IMG/VR virus record: IMGVR_UViG_3300021256_000060
Length of the DNA stretch: 64,000 bases
Strand: one strand, 5' to 3'
Source of the DNA: an uncultured virus (IMG/VR IMGVR_UViG_3300021256_000060)
Taxonomy: Duplodnaviria > Heunggongvirae > Uroviricota > Caudoviricetes
Positions 9,081 to 19,754 of this stretch are shown piece by piece (positions within the stretch are counted from its first letter, which is position 1; each line of letters starts with the position of its first letter). The translations under genes and the position numbers were made by a program. The notes beneath the pieces were generated by a model. It was not told where the DNA came from and made no database searches. It saw only the letters and a list, made by a program, of their open reading frames with translations.

Positions 9081-10352
9081 ATGGCTAAAACTGCTGTAGA
9101 AAAATACGCCGCGCAAAAGAGATATTCTAAGCGTATAACTAATAAAGAGGATCTAGATTTTCTATTTAATGCATCTATAGATGAATGTAATAGACTATCC
9201 TTTATTATGGAATGCTTCGGTGATTTCAATGGTAAACGTAGGTTCCAACCCTATGATATAATCACTGTCCCTCCCGGAGTATACGGTAAACCAGATAAAA
9301 AGAATAAGAATAGCTTCACTACTACCGTAGGACTATTCGTATTCAATAGAGCATTCATAGAAAAGGATCTGATAGATATCTGTGGCTATGTATCAGAACC
9401 AGTTACCAAAAAGTTATTCGGTAAATTAAATAAGAAGATATCCTATGCTCTTATGGAAGATGATATTGAACTAGATGCTCTCAAACGGTTTATTCTATTA
9501 ACTCAGAAGTTCCAAGCGTATGTAGATATCCTATCCCCTACCTTTACTCCAGCTATGCTGACCATGAGTAGTAAACTCCAACCTCTTAAAGATGAATTAT
9601 GGAAGAAGTATGAAAAGGAAATAGCAGCTGGCGATACTAAGATAGCTTCTATTATAGATAAGGAGTTAATTAAAAAATCTAAAGAGTTGCTTGCAGAAGA
9701 TCCCTCTACTGATATGATAAATAGCGGGGCCAAACCTAACTGGGATAATAATTACCGTCATTTGTGGGCCAGTATTGGTGCATCTCGTAACTCCGACCCC
9801 AATTTAGGTGAGTTCTCTATATTAAAGGGTAACTATATGGATGGAGTATCTAGAGAAGAGTATGCTAAATTCGCTGACTCCATGGTAGGCGGTCCTTATG
9901 CTCGTGCTAAGAAGACAGAAGTAGGGGGAGCTTGGGAGAAGATGATCGTACGTGCATTCCAGCACTGTGTCATAGATACTTCAGTAGAAGATTGTGGAAC
10001 AAAGCGTACACTTCCTGTTACTTTTAATGATAAGAATATAGACGATTGGATGTATTCTTATTATGTAGAGGGTAGTAAATTAATAGAGATAAATAGTAAA
10101 AATAAAGATAGTCTAATAGGGAAGACAAAACAAGTTAGATGGACAGGATTCTGTGAGCACACTAAAGGATTCTGTAAAACGTGCTCTGGCAATCTGTTTA
10201 CTAAGTTAGGAATAGTTAATGTAGGGGTCAGTTCATATTGCATAGCGAGCAAAATTAAGCTATTGAGCATGAAGGCTTTCCACGACAGTAGTGTTAAAAC
10301 TACCACGATGAAGGATTATGGTTATGCTAAGATATTTGGAGGAGCAAAGTAA
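9081..10352 (+). CDS. RNA polymerase beta'-C subunit (probably virion RNAP)
   Basis: TTVGLFVFN, INSGAK, bridge-helix-like GPYARAKKTEVGG, EDCGT, Zn CEHTKGFCKTCSG, MKAFH; AAGGAGG RBS before ATG 9081; late promoter upstream. Confidence 0.85.
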   Translation: MAKTAVEKYAAQKRYSKRITNKEDLDFLFNASIDECNRLSFIMECFGDFNGKRRFQPYDIITVPPGVYGKPDKKNKNSFTTTVGLFVFNRAFIEKDLIDICGYVSEPVTKKLFGKLNKKISYALMEDDIELDALKRFILLTQKFQAYVDILSPTFTPAMLTMSSKLQPLKDELWKKYEKEIAAGDTKIASIIDKELIKKSKELLAEDPSTDMINSGAKPNWDNNYRHLWASIGASRNSDPNLGEFSILKGNYMDGVSREEYAKFADSMVGGPYARAKKTEVGGAWEKMIVRAFQHCVIDTSVEDCGTKRTLPVTFNDKNIDDWMYSYYVEGSKLIEINSKNKDSLIGKTKQVRWTGFCEHTKGFCKTCSGNLFTKLGIVNVGVSSYCIASKIKLLSMKAFHDSSVKTTTMKDYGYAKIFGGAK

Positions 10353-10397
10353 AATTGCTTCCCATATAATGTATGAACACAAAAAAGAAAATATATA

Positions 10398-10429
10398 CGG
10401 GTAGACCACAATAGGTCTACCCTATTTTT
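10398..10429. terminator. bidirectional intrinsic terminator
   Basis: GGGTAGACC/GGTCTACCC hairpin with flanking T and A tracts between convergent genes. Confidence 0.7.
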
Positions 10430-10432
10430 GTA

Positions 10433-11104
10433 TCAATCCTCTAATACAAGATTTAAAGTTGATTTTCCTTGTCTGTGTCTATTTCTCTTTAAGTACACAT
10501 ATTCGTAGTTCTTATATTCCTTATAGAAGTCTTCTATAGGTTTATTAGGATTTGTATATTGTACTTCTCTAGCATCCTCTTCCTTTATACATTCTGGAGA
10601 GTCATAGGAATACGACATGTGCATATCATTTGTTTTATTACCATGAGTATGGAAATCCATCTTATCTAGATACATGTTTTGTAATACATGTCTCCATTCG
10701 TGGCGTACTATTCCTTGCACTGTTTCTTCTAATGACCATCCTTTTCGTGCAGCTGTATTTAATAACCCTACACGGAAGAAGCATATTCTAATAACTATAT
10801 CTATCAGAGTATCGTCAAAGTACTTAAGATATACAATATCATTCATATATCCAGGCATGTCATCAGGATCATATTTAGGACATAGAGCCTTTACTGTTAC
10901 ACCACAACATGTAATCTGGTTATTTACGTCTTTTGAAGAATTTGTTGGATACCATATTATTTTAGGAGGTACTACAAGAATGTCTGATTTAGTATCCTTG
11001 GTCCACTCTGGTAATACACACCACTCATTGTAATAGTCTAATATGATAGAGTCTATATGTTCCTCGCTATATTTAGATAAATCAATCAATATATTCACCT
11101 CCAA
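10433..11104 (-). CDS. HExxH zincin-like putative metallopeptidase
   Basis: VRHEWRHVLQ ... EEDA. Confidence 0.6.
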   Translation of the reverse strand: MEVNILIDLSKYSEEHIDSIILDYYNEWCVLPEWTKDTKSDILVVPPKIIWYPTNSSKDVNNQITCCGVTVKALCPKYDPDDMPGYMNDIVYLKYFDDTLIDIVIRICFFRVGLLNTAARKGWSLEETVQGIVRHEWRHVLQNMYLDKMDFHTHGNKTNDMHMSYSYDSPECIKEEDAREVQYTNPNKPIEDFYKEYKNYEYVYLKRNRHRQGKSTLNLVLED

Positions 11105-11139
11105 AAAATATAGGGATGGAATTAACCACCCCTACTATA

Positions 11140-11607
11140 TTAAGCTTCGGCTTCCTTTTTTCTATCGTCTAACATCTCACGGATAGACTTTTCTAATTCC
11201 TTTACGCTTATATCTTCACGTATCTCGTTTTTAAACTTTTCTCCCATTTTGTCCATATCAAGACCGCCAGAGAGTAATTCAAATACTGCTGCTGTTTGAT
11301 TTGCTAATACCTTGGGAGCAGAAACGTATATGAATGGAGAGAGAAAAATCACAAAAGAGAGATACTTAATGTAGTAATATACTACCTTAAGAAAGGATTT
11401 AAGTGATTTAAATGATGCTGCAAGTCCTTTCTTATTGTATTTATTATACAAATATGGGCCCATGTCTAATGTAGCAGTTGTTAAAGCCACCAATGTGAAG
11501 CTCACTAAAGAATAATTAAGCAGTATTGCTTTAGTTCTATGACCATCTCCTACAAGTGTTATAATTTTTTCGATATATCTCATGTTAATACTAATAGAAT
11601 CTCTCAT
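11140..11607 (-). CDS. membrane protein
   Basis: Two hydrophobic segments. Confidence 0.65.
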   Translation of the reverse strand: MRDSISINMRYIEKIITLVGDGHRTKAILLNYSLVSFTLVALTTATLDMGPYLYNKYNKKGLAASFKSLKSFLKVVYYYIKYLSFVIFLSPFIYVSAPKVLANQTAAVFELLSGGLDMDKMGEKFKNEIREDISVKELEKSIREMLDDRKKEAEA

Positions 11608-11954
11608 TATACTTCTTCAATAGCCTCCTCTAATCCATGGATACGTCTAACCCTATCTCCATTGAATTCAACATCTACGACTTCTCCTAACAAACCATTA
11701 TGCAAAAGCTGGATTCTCTTTTCAGTGAGTCTCTTCCAATCTTTAAGATGCTTGGCAAGCTCAGTAATATCATAGAAGAAGATATCTCCATTTTCCAATT
11801 CAATATCTACACTAATCTGATTAGAACCAGCACATATAAATGAACCATTAGATCCAGCAACCGCATGATCAGGAATAGCCATGTATTTGATTCCTTGTTC
11901 TAACCTACCATTCTCACCATGATCTACCTCTACTGCTATTATTGTACCTTTCAT
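11607..11954 (-). CDS. hypothetical protein, paralogue of 11951-12301
   Basis: Shared MKGTI, G.NGSF, V.VE...R.HGL.E. Confidence 0.75.
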   Translation of the reverse strand: MKGTIIAVEVDHGENGRLEQGIKYMAIPDHAVAGSNGSFICAGSNQISVDIELENGDIFFYDITELAKHLKDWKRLTEKRIQLLHNGLLGEVVDVEFNGDRVRRIHGLEEAIEEV

Positions 11955-12301
11955 AAGTTCTTTAATACCTCCTTGAGACCATGAACTTTTCTTTTATGCT
12001 CACACTGTTCCACATCTACAGATATACCGATGAGAACTTTCTTAAGTTTCTCTTTTCTTTGAGGTGAGAATCTACTCCAGCCCATGATCTTCTTTACCTT
12101 TTTAGCAACGTCTTCATATACTCCTACGCCACTTTTATCAATAATGATCTTAAGTCTCATCTCAGTATGTTCACCATCATTGGTCATAAATGAACCATTA
12201 CCACCAAGAGCAATTCCTTTGGGACGGCTACCATTCTTATGTCCCTGAGACAATCCAAATTCCGCATCGATGAAATATACATCAGTAATAGTACCTTTCA
12301 T
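11951..12301 (-). CDS. hypothetical protein, paralogue of 11607-11954
   Basis: As above. Confidence 0.75.
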   Translation of the reverse strand: MKGTITDVYFIDAEFGLSQGHKNGSRPKGIALGGNGSFMTNDGEHTEMRLKIIIDKSGVGVYEDVAKKVKKIMGWSRFSPQRKEKLKKVLIGISVDVEQCEHKRKVHGLKEVLKNL

Positions 12302-12305
12302 AATA

Positions 12306-12614
12306 TCATTCCTCTTCTACTACCTTCTTTACATATTCAGAGTATTTCTTTTTAAACTCATCTTCATTAGGACTGTCCATAGCGATCTTATAAGCCTCAG
12401 ATTTGGCTAAGAGAAGACATTTCTTATCAAACTTACCAGGTATTCCACTCATTGCCAAAATATCTTTTTCATCGAGACCAATAATGAATGGAAGCATTAT
12501 TACAGTACTGAGTCTGACTAACTCATCTTTACTTAATTTACTCAATTCCCTTTTAAGTGGATGCATATTCATTCCTCCATTTAAAAAAGGAATGGGACTA
12601 TATCCCATTCCCAC
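12306..12614 (-). CDS. hypothetical protein (true start probably near 12573, after terminator hairpin)
   Basis: GGAGG RBS before MNMHPL. Confidence 0.65.
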   Translation of the reverse strand: MGMGYSPIPFLNGGMNMHPLKRELSKLSKDELVRLSTVIMLPFIIGLDEKDILAMSGIPGKFDKKCLLLAKSEAYKIAMDSPNEDEFKKKYSEYVKKVVEEE

Positions 12615-12625
12615 ATTTACCCTAA

Positions 12626-13021
12626 TTAAATATTATTCACAAACTCTTCAACTTCTTCGTCATTCATAGTACGAAGTTTCCATCCATCTGGATGCTCATG
12701 GTCAAGTACAGTTGTACCAGAGTCATACACAAACATAACATCAAAACTGATGCGGTTAGGAATGAAACACCTATTCTTTGGATGCTGAGTGACTGGCAGC
12801 GGGCCATATACGAATATGAGTTCGTTTTCTTCAAGTGGCTCGAACCCATCATATTCTTCTTCTGTCAGCTCAATCATATCAACCGTTTCTGAATTGATAC
12901 CTTTGTTTTCTTCCAGGTAGTCTAAAATGCTATTCTGAATCTCGTCATGCAGGAAATCATCCATTTCATGTTCAGGATCGTAATTTTTAGCTACCCAAAA
13001 TACTTTCTTTTCTTCAGCCAT
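12626..13021 (-). CDS. acidic hypothetical early protein
   Basis: 131 aa, very D/E-rich; own early promoter (13079) and terminator (12582-12613). Confidence 0.75.
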   Translation of the reverse strand: MAEEKKVFWVAKNYDPEHEMDDFLHDEIQNSILDYLEENKGINSETVDMIELTEEEYDGFEPLEENELIFVYGPLPVTQHPKNRCFIPNRISFDVMFVYDSGTTVLDHEHPDGWKLRTMNDEEVEEFVNNI

Positions 13022-13114
13022 ACTATATACTTCCTTTCGATTGAGGACATTTACTCACCCCTATGGTGATACCTCATACACCTATATAGTATATAGTTGA
13101 CAGATCATTTAGCA

Positions 13115-13432
13115 TTAATTATCATCAATTAATTCCTTGACCTCATCAAGTGCAAGATCATTAAGTATTTTCTTGATTTCATGATGATAGACTACTATAC
13201 AATAACCATCACGCTCATCGTTCTTATCATTGATCATATCCATCACTTTCATATACACTTTTCCAATATCTAGTAATTCGTAAATATTAGATTCGAACGT
13301 ATCACACACTCTAAGTTTCTCATTCATGAAAGAGAAACCAACTTTATTTCCTGTGATATCAATACCCTCCAATTCAGCTCTTGGTAATAGAGTATTCCTA
13401 GTGCTAACATATGCAAATTTCATAACTATCAT
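13115..13432 (-). CDS. hypothetical protein
   Basis: 105-aa ORF with AAGGAG RBS. Confidence 0.7.
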   Translation of the reverse strand: MIVMKFAYVSTRNTLLPRAELEGIDITGNKVGFSFMNEKLRVCDTFESNIYELLDIGKVYMKVMDMINDKNDERDGYCIVVYHHEIKKILNDLALDEVKELIDDN

Positions 13433-13491
13433 CTCCTTTAATGAGATGATAACAAGAATATATAATTTAAATGATAGGTAGACATAATAAT

Positions 13492-13610
13492 AGGTGGAAG
13501 ACGATACGTAATCTTGCCAGCGTGTCTGTTGTTTCTCCTATTTCAATTTTCATTTCTTAACCCCATCTATTTAAGAGGTAGAGCGTCGCTGCTCTACCTC
13601 CTCTCTTTTC
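13492..13610 (+). ncRNA. candidate late small RNA (~120 nt)
   Basis: Late promoter 13481-13493, long 5' hairpin, U/C-rich linker, terminator GAGGTAGAGC/GCTCTACCTC plus T tract; no RBS-led + ORF. Confidence 0.5.
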
Positions 13611-13666
13611 AAAAAAATACAAGCCCCTCAAAGAGAGACTTGTATATAGTAGTGATACCTAGGATA

Positions 13667-13834
13667 TTAGAATTCGATTTCTACGATGCGAAGCTGTACC
13701 TTTTCTCCGTATTTAGGGCGGTACACTTTCTCAATATCCTCTTCTGCCCAGTCCCGCTCGTCTAACTCGTAGCGAGCAAACGGTACTCGATTACCGTACT
13801 GGTCTTCGATTGCTAACATCTTCCTCTTATTCAT
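13667..13834 (-). CDS. 55-aa hypothetical protein (below ORF-track cutoff)
   Basis: GAGGAGG RBS, MNKRKMLAIEDQYGNRVPFARY...; terminator downstream at about 13611-13645. Confidence 0.7.
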   Translation of the reverse strand: MNKRKMLAIEDQYGNRVPFARYELDERDWAEEDIEKVYRPKYGEKVQLRIVEIEF

Positions 13835-13846
13835 GATAATTCCTCC

Positions 13847-14146
13847 TCACACTTTGTAAACAACATCATACTTAGCATCATCCCATACAGGAATGTATGC
13901 TTTCACCTGGCCATCTTTGCTTTCGCAGCAGAGGCCGTTTTTATCTTTGAAGATGGTAGTGAAGCTACGAGTGGGATATGCCTTTTCCATATATTCGGCG
14001 ATGCGATGGATCTGATCCTTCACCCCACCCTCAATAGAATAGCAGTTATAATAACCGAACAGCTTAGCTTGAGCACCATTAACAACAATCTTGAAATCAA
14101 ATTCTACGTTAACAAATTCGGATTTTTCATTGATGTAAGTCGACAT
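13847..14146 (-). CDS. hypothetical early protein
   Basis: 99 aa, downstream of early promoter 14229. Confidence 0.75.
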   Translation of the reverse strand: MSTYINEKSEFVNVEFDFKIVVNGAQAKLFGYYNCYSIEGGVKDQIHRIAEYMEKAYPTRSFTTIFKDKNGLCCESKDGQVKAYIPVWDDAKYDVVYKV

Positions 14147-14299
14147 TTTAATTACCCCTTTCTTTAGGTAACTGATAGAGGATCATAGCTATTTTACACC
14201 TAGATCTATATCTAAGTAACCTCCTATTCACCTCGATAATATACAATTGAAAATATGCATTTTTACGGGAGTAGGCTGTTGTTGCCTACTCCCTTTATA

Positions 14300-15145
14300 T
14301 TAGAAATATAGATCGTATTTAATTGTCCAAGAAGCTCCTTGTTCTGATAGCTCTCTATCAGGGAAATTGAGCCTGGTCAATGGTCTAACGTCCTGATAGT
14401 ATGTGTATCCATCAACCTCACTGGCCCAACCAATCAAAAGAGATATAGTATTGAATACAGCATCATTGATACCACTAGTATTATCAAACCAATCTCTTCC
14501 GTCTTCTTCATCTACCGTAGCAGTGAGACCTACCTTAACTCTAGCTCCTAGAGTAGTATGGTCATCATATACACTAGAAGTCCAAGGAGTACCATCATCA
14601 TATACCTTACTAACAATGGGATCACTATCGAACTTCTTGAAGTAGTATCCTATATATCCTCTATCATTATAGGTCTTTCTACCATTATAGATGCCTCTTA
14701 ATGTATCATCAAGATCGTCACCAATTGGCTGATAGCGGAAAGGAATAATATCGTTATTAGGAGATATCCATATCTTATTAGATACCTCATTCTTGATTCT
14801 ACTACCACGATTACAACCAGACGTACCCATACAGAATCCGAATACTGTATATTCCAATCCAAGATCTTCGTCAGAATGTGATTGGGTATTATCAAGATCC
14901 ATCTGGCTGTTATAAGTAGGAGTAATGAACTTATCCCCTTCTGCTCTAAATAAATGAAGAGCTATAAACTCACTAGCAGATAGCATAGCTTTATTAAAAT
15001 CCTCATGTACTATCTTACCATTCCGTCTATCAATAATCCGTACATGACCTATGGGAGTAAAGTGTTCTCCTTCAGAAATGACTACCTCATTATTTATCTT
15101 TAGTAGTTCACTAAAGGATATCTTATCAGTAAACTTACTGTACAT
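14300..15145 (-). CDS. putative baseplate/tail structural protein
   Basis: Co-transcribed with large baseplate gene; beta-rich; ends LNFPD..L......IKYDLYF as in myovirus baseplate/fibre-attachment proteins. Confidence 0.55.
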   Translation of the reverse strand: MYSKFTDKISFSELLKINNEVVISEGEHFTPIGHVRIIDRRNGKIVHEDFNKAMLSASEFIALHLFRAEGDKFITPTYNSQMDLDNTQSHSDEDLGLEYTVFGFCMGTSGCNRGSRIKNEVSNKIWISPNNDIIPFRYQPIGDDLDDTLRGIYNGRKTYNDRGYIGYYFKKFDSDPIVSKVYDDGTPWTSSVYDDHTTLGARVKVGLTATVDEEDGRDWFDNTSGINDAVFNTISLLIGWASEVDGYTYYQDVRPLTRLNFPDRELSEQGASWTIKYDLYF

Positions 15146-18100
15146 CAATAATCTCCTCCTTACCATCAGCATGATGGGTGACAATCTGACAGTCTTCTTT
15201 TAACCATCTATTCCCTTGAGAATTCTCTTCTTCGAATTCAGATACTTTAGAGATACAATTAGTATGGACTACCTCTTCTATCTCTATATAGTCTTTGACT
15301 TTATTGACTTCCTTAAATGAAGCCTTGTCATAGAAGTTTATAAAACCATCTTCATTCATGGTTCTATTTCCACTCCCTCCTATATTGACTTGTTCTCCTC
15401 TTTCGTTAAAGATAATCTTATAACTCTTAAAGAACTCAATTATCTTAACCATGTATTTCAAGATAGCATCAGTGCTGTAACCTGCAAATCCTGAGAATAT
15501 ACTAGATTCTAATTCTCCACTAATATATTCTTCTAGTACATAGCAGATATCATCTACAGCAGTAGTGATAGCATCTATACGAGTTTCTCTATCAGAGATA
15601 GAACGAATCTGAACCAATCTAGAATAGAGTATATCGTCTTTCTCTTTTAAGAAATCCATATAGGTTTTGGGAATAGTACCATCATTGAGTCTATAGTATT
15701 CTAGATTAAAGTTCCAAGTCATCAGATACTTGTAAATATATTCCCAGATTAGATATTCTCTGAAATCATTAGATTTCACTATTCTATTTCTAATGTAGTA
15801 ATATACATCTAGATTATTCTTTAATATAGCCACAAACTCAGATAGATCTGTGATCTGTTCTGTCGGTACTATAAAGTTCCAGATCTTAAAATACTCTGGA
15901 TCGAAATGACGCTCTTTGATGAACTCCCTTATCTTATCCAAATCGGCTCTGAAATTGAATCCAGATGCAATTATAGGAACTGTAGGTTCCTCTATCTCTA
16001 CATCGTCCATATCATTATATGTATACGTGAGACATGTCATGAAAAGAATGAGATGAGCTACATTAAAAGAATGCACACTACTAAGAGTAGGGATATTTAC
16101 ATTCAAATTTGATTCTAAGAATACATCGTCAAATAGAGCAGCATAGAAGTATGCTAATTGAGCACTATACTCAGTGATCTGTATATTCTTTGATACTCCA
16201 TAATACTTTGTTCTAGAGTAATTGAAATCAGATTTGTATATCTCTTTCTTAATAGTATCATAATGGTTCTCTTTATAGTTTAATCCGGCCCACCATCCAT
16301 CATTATGAACCTGAATATCATAATCTTTCCACCTAGTATTATCTAATAGGTAATGAGCAGAATAATAATCATGTACTGGTATTTTGCAGAACTTCAGATT
16401 AGTGGTATACTCGTAATCTTCTCTATTCTCTTTCCATACATATGGATATCTCAATAGGTATATGAAATGGAAGGTGAGAGAATCACCAAAGTACCCTTCT
16501 TCTAATAGTTCTGGAGGATAACTACTAAATGTAGTATCTATGAGATCTATATTCTTATCTTGGAATAATTGTCTATCTCCATACTCTATGAAGTACGGCC
16601 AATTATTTGTAACGTAATTATCAAATGGGAACTTAATCTCATATGCACTCTTGCGATCAGATATATCTAGCTTTCTAGTGGTATGAATCAAATTAAAGCT
16701 ATTTCCATTCTCCACATACCAGTTGGTGTAGATATATAGAATAGTAATAGTACCATGCTTAGGACTATCAGCAGTAGCATCTAATAATCGTAGAGAGAAG
16801 TTATTTACTATCTCATACCTAGACTTATCAAGAACAGTACCACCATAGATAACTATAAAGTCATGACCCGTCTCCATGTAAGGGAAGAATGGATACATTA
16901 GAGGAATTAACTGATCTGCTCCTGCTCCAGTATCTGGAGATTGCTGAATTGCTATATTGGTTCTATACTCTACATCCCCATTATACAAGAAAGTTACATT
17001 TAGAATATCTCCTATCTTAATATCTCGAGATGTGGTAGTAAGTGTAACAGTAGCATTAACCTCATTATCATCCCAATCAATCCTATACTCTCCAGGAATT
17101 AGAGGATTATTATTGATATCCAATATAACTGCATTCTTCTTATCAACATAATTCTTTACAGGAGCTGTGAACTTAAATGTTCTTTGATGATTCTCTGTAG
17201 CAGTATCCTCAGTATAATCCATAGATAGACAATAATTATCAGGAAGGGTTCTATCAGCATTATGATATGCTAATATCACTTTGACAATATCTGTCTTCTT
17301 GATAGCCAATCCAGTATCCAATATGATTATACTATTATTGGTACAGGTATAGGATTCTGGAGGTAACCAAGTATTGAATACATTGAGATATACCTTATAA
17401 TCACTTCCAACATAATTACTTACTGGGAAGGTGAATGGAAATTCAATCTGATAGTTCTGAGTCGGTTTAAAGGTATAGATATCGTAGATAATATCCAAGT
17501 CTCTAGCACGAGTATTGAGAGAGTAAATGAAGTTAAAGGTTATACTCCTACCTTTACGTACTGTTGTACCATCAATGAACTTGAGATTAGCAGTCCCATC
17601 ATCATTATAAGTTACTGTATATCTTAATGGATCAATGAATAAGGTTCCTATATTAACAAAGAAACCATTCCCACTCTTAACGTAGTACTCAAATGGTTCA
17701 GGAATTTTAAACTCATCTGCATCATCGCTAGGAGACGTAATTACTTTTTTATCAAAAGCAGTTCTCATATAATCCGAATGCAGTAAGATTAGAGTAACGT
17801 TCCTATGGTTCAATTCTACTTCTGGATCTATGATTACCTTGTCTTCAACTCTATGATATAAGCACTTGGGTAAGAATATACTACCAACTAATACTAGCAT
17901 ATCATCAGTAGATTTGAAGAACTCACTAGGAACATCTGAATCCAATGATAGATCAATAGTATTGTTTGGATAGTAACTGGTAGTGTAGGTATACATATTG
18001 ATGGCATGGAATGTATCTCCATTAAACACATCATTCCTACTATCACGATCATAATAGAAATCATACCTAATCTTAGTTCCAGAATCTATTATAGATTTCT

Positions 18101-19616
18101 TGAATCGAATTATATCATATCCAAGCCTTCTATAATCTACTCCTTCAGTAAGTATCCGATTATCTACAGATACTATAGTGATATTGCCTTTCTGAGTATA
18201 GTAATGGAATGGGTAAGGAATGTATCTATCAACATAGTCATCCCCAAATACTGGATCATTATCTCCAATTTCTTCCGTATAGTCATCTTCTAATTCCTTA
18301 TTAAATTCTTGAGCAGATAGAATATTGCCAGTAGTATCAAATTCTGGATAAGATAATACTCTCAAAATAGTATCTTCATCCATGTCTTCAGTATACCACT
18401 TATATTCGGTTGGTAATCCCTTAGAGTGAGATTCACTAGTAGTCAATTCTTCAATACTATTGACTCCAACTACATTGTTGTAGTTACTAGTTAATACCTC
18501 ATCAGCTTTCCATAAGAAATTGCCATATTCATCTCTCTTACGTTCTTTAAATATGTAATACTTAAAGAACTCAACGTCATCTAATCCAAATATCTTTGCT
18601 ATTTCTAATAACTCATTAGAACAGCTCTTATACTTAATTAGATTATATAGATTATACACCATTCTCTCTTGGTACTTATATGGGATATCCCTATAATATG
18701 GAATACCGTACATAGAAAAGATGTATTCGATGCAGCGTCTATCTAATATATCTCTTTTTACTATATTAGATTGTACTTCTGTCAGCATATCTACCATTAC
18801 AGATATTAGCAGATATATCTGCATAAATGCATGGTAATGAGGATTCTCCAGCTCCATTGCACTAGTATAAACAGACTTGAGTAAGAAGTCTCGTCTATCC
18901 TCATATTTACGTTCCCAAGTTTCCTTGATAAATTGATCAACATCACTTGGAGTGGTAAGTATCATAAAATCATATGCTTTGCGAGCATCATAGAGTTTTA
19001 TTCCATGAGTAATATAATCTAAATATCTCACATCGCATTTGTCTGCATAGTCGTTCTTCATCATCTCAATAACGCCATAAGAGTCTAATTCTCTAATAGC
19101 ATTGATACCGATTTCATGAACGAATTCGCCATGGTAAGTAAAACTCTCAGGAAGATACATAGCATAGTCTCTTACTGGAATTCCCCATTCACTACGAGGT
19201 GGTTTACCAGTAATGCGTCTATAGTATTCATTCTTTTCATCAAAATTATTTACATACCAAGGAATCAATAAAGCCAATAAATCCTTACGATAATGAGTTC
19301 CTGTTTCCTCATTATCAGTTGGAATTACTCTCTGTAAATGATTAAAGTTCTTATATATTGTTATAGTATCTTCGGGTAATCCTACTTGTCTCATAAACTG
19401 TTCAGGTATATCTGTAAACATACCCAAAGTAGCCGTTCCTTCGATACAAGCAAAATAGACTTCTGCTTCTCTAAGAGACTCTTCAGTTTCTGCTGCGTTG
19501 GCAGCTTGTTCATCCTTAATTACAGTATTATAGGTTAAGATCTTTAAATTCTTAACCAGCTTATCTATAAAAGGATTATCGGTCTGATATGAATCATCTG
19601 CATAAGTAGATGCCAT
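15135..19616 (-). CDS. large putative baseplate wedge protein with internal beta-rich repeats
   Basis: 1493 aa; IFSMYGIPYY...NLYNLIKYKS wedge-like motif; late promoter 19640-19652. Confidence 0.6.
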   Translation of the reverse strand: MASTYADDSYQTDNPFIDKLVKNLKILTYNTVIKDEQAANAAETEESLREAEVYFACIEGTATLGMFTDIPEQFMRQVGLPEDTITIYKNFNHLQRVIPTDNEETGTHYRKDLLALLIPWYVNNFDEKNEYYRRITGKPPRSEWGIPVRDYAMYLPESFTYHGEFVHEIGINAIRELDSYGVIEMMKNDYADKCDVRYLDYITHGIKLYDARKAYDFMILTTPSDVDQFIKETWERKYEDRRDFLLKSVYTSAMELENPHYHAFMQIYLLISVMVDMLTEVQSNIVKRDILDRRCIEYIFSMYGIPYYRDIPYKYQERMVYNLYNLIKYKSCSNELLEIAKIFGLDDVEFFKYYIFKERKRDEYGNFLWKADEVLTSNYNNVVGVNSIEELTTSESHSKGLPTEYKWYTEDMDEDTILRVLSYPEFDTTGNILSAQEFNKELEDDYTEEIGDNDPVFGDDYVDRYIPYPFHYYTQKGNITIVSVDNRILTEGVDYRRLGYDIIRFKKSIIDSGTKIRYDFYYDRDSRNDVFNGDTFHAINMYTYTTSYYPNNTIDLSLDSDVPSEFFKSTDDMLVLVGSIFLPKCLYHRVEDKVIIDPEVELNHRNVTLILLHSDYMRTAFDKKVITSPSDDADEFKIPEPFEYYVKSGNGFFVNIGTLFIDPLRYTVTYNDDGTANLKFIDGTTVRKGRSITFNFIYSLNTRARDLDIIYDIYTFKPTQNYQIEFPFTFPVSNYVGSDYKVYLNVFNTWLPPESYTCTNNSIIILDTGLAIKKTDIVKVILAYHNADRTLPDNYCLSMDYTEDTATENHQRTFKFTAPVKNYVDKKNAVILDINNNPLIPGEYRIDWDDNEVNATVTLTTTSRDIKIGDILNVTFLYNGDVEYRTNIAIQQSPDTGAGADQLIPLMYPFFPYMETGHDFIVIYGGTVLDKSRYEIVNNFSLRLLDATADSPKHGTITILYIYTNWYVENGNSFNLIHTTRKLDISDRKSAYEIKFPFDNYVTNNWPYFIEYGDRQLFQDKNIDLIDTTFSSYPPELLEEGYFGDSLTFHFIYLLRYPYVWKENREDYEYTTNLKFCKIPVHDYYSAHYLLDNTRWKDYDIQVHNDGWWAGLNYKENHYDTIKKEIYKSDFNYSRTKYYGVSKNIQITEYSAQLAYFYAALFDDVFLESNLNVNIPTLSSVHSFNVAHLILFMTCLTYTYNDMDDVEIEEPTVPIIASGFNFRADLDKIREFIKERHFDPEYFKIWNFIVPTEQITDLSEFVAILKNNLDVYYYIRNRIVKSNDFREYLIWEYIYKYLMTWNFNLEYYRLNDGTIPKTYMDFLKEKDDILYSRLVQIRSISDRETRIDAITTAVDDICYVLEEYISGELESSIFSGFAGYSTDAILKYMVKIIEFFKSYKIIFNERGEQVNIGGSGNRTMNEDGFINFYDKASFKEVNKVKDYIEIEEVVHTNCISKVSEFEEENSQGNRWLKEDCQIVTHHADGKEEIIDVQ

Positions 19617-19754
19617 TTACCTCACTCCTTTCTTCCAAATTATGTGAATGTCGTGGCTATCATATTATAGCAGACTATAACAGAACTACCTAGAGTTAGG
19701 TAGTTCTTTTTAAGGCCTTCGACATTTGATTAATATAGGAGAGGAGGGAGAATT

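Noticed and set aside
13514..13765. 83-aa + strand ORF
   Set aside because: No RBS, crosses two terminators and overlaps a better minus-strand gene
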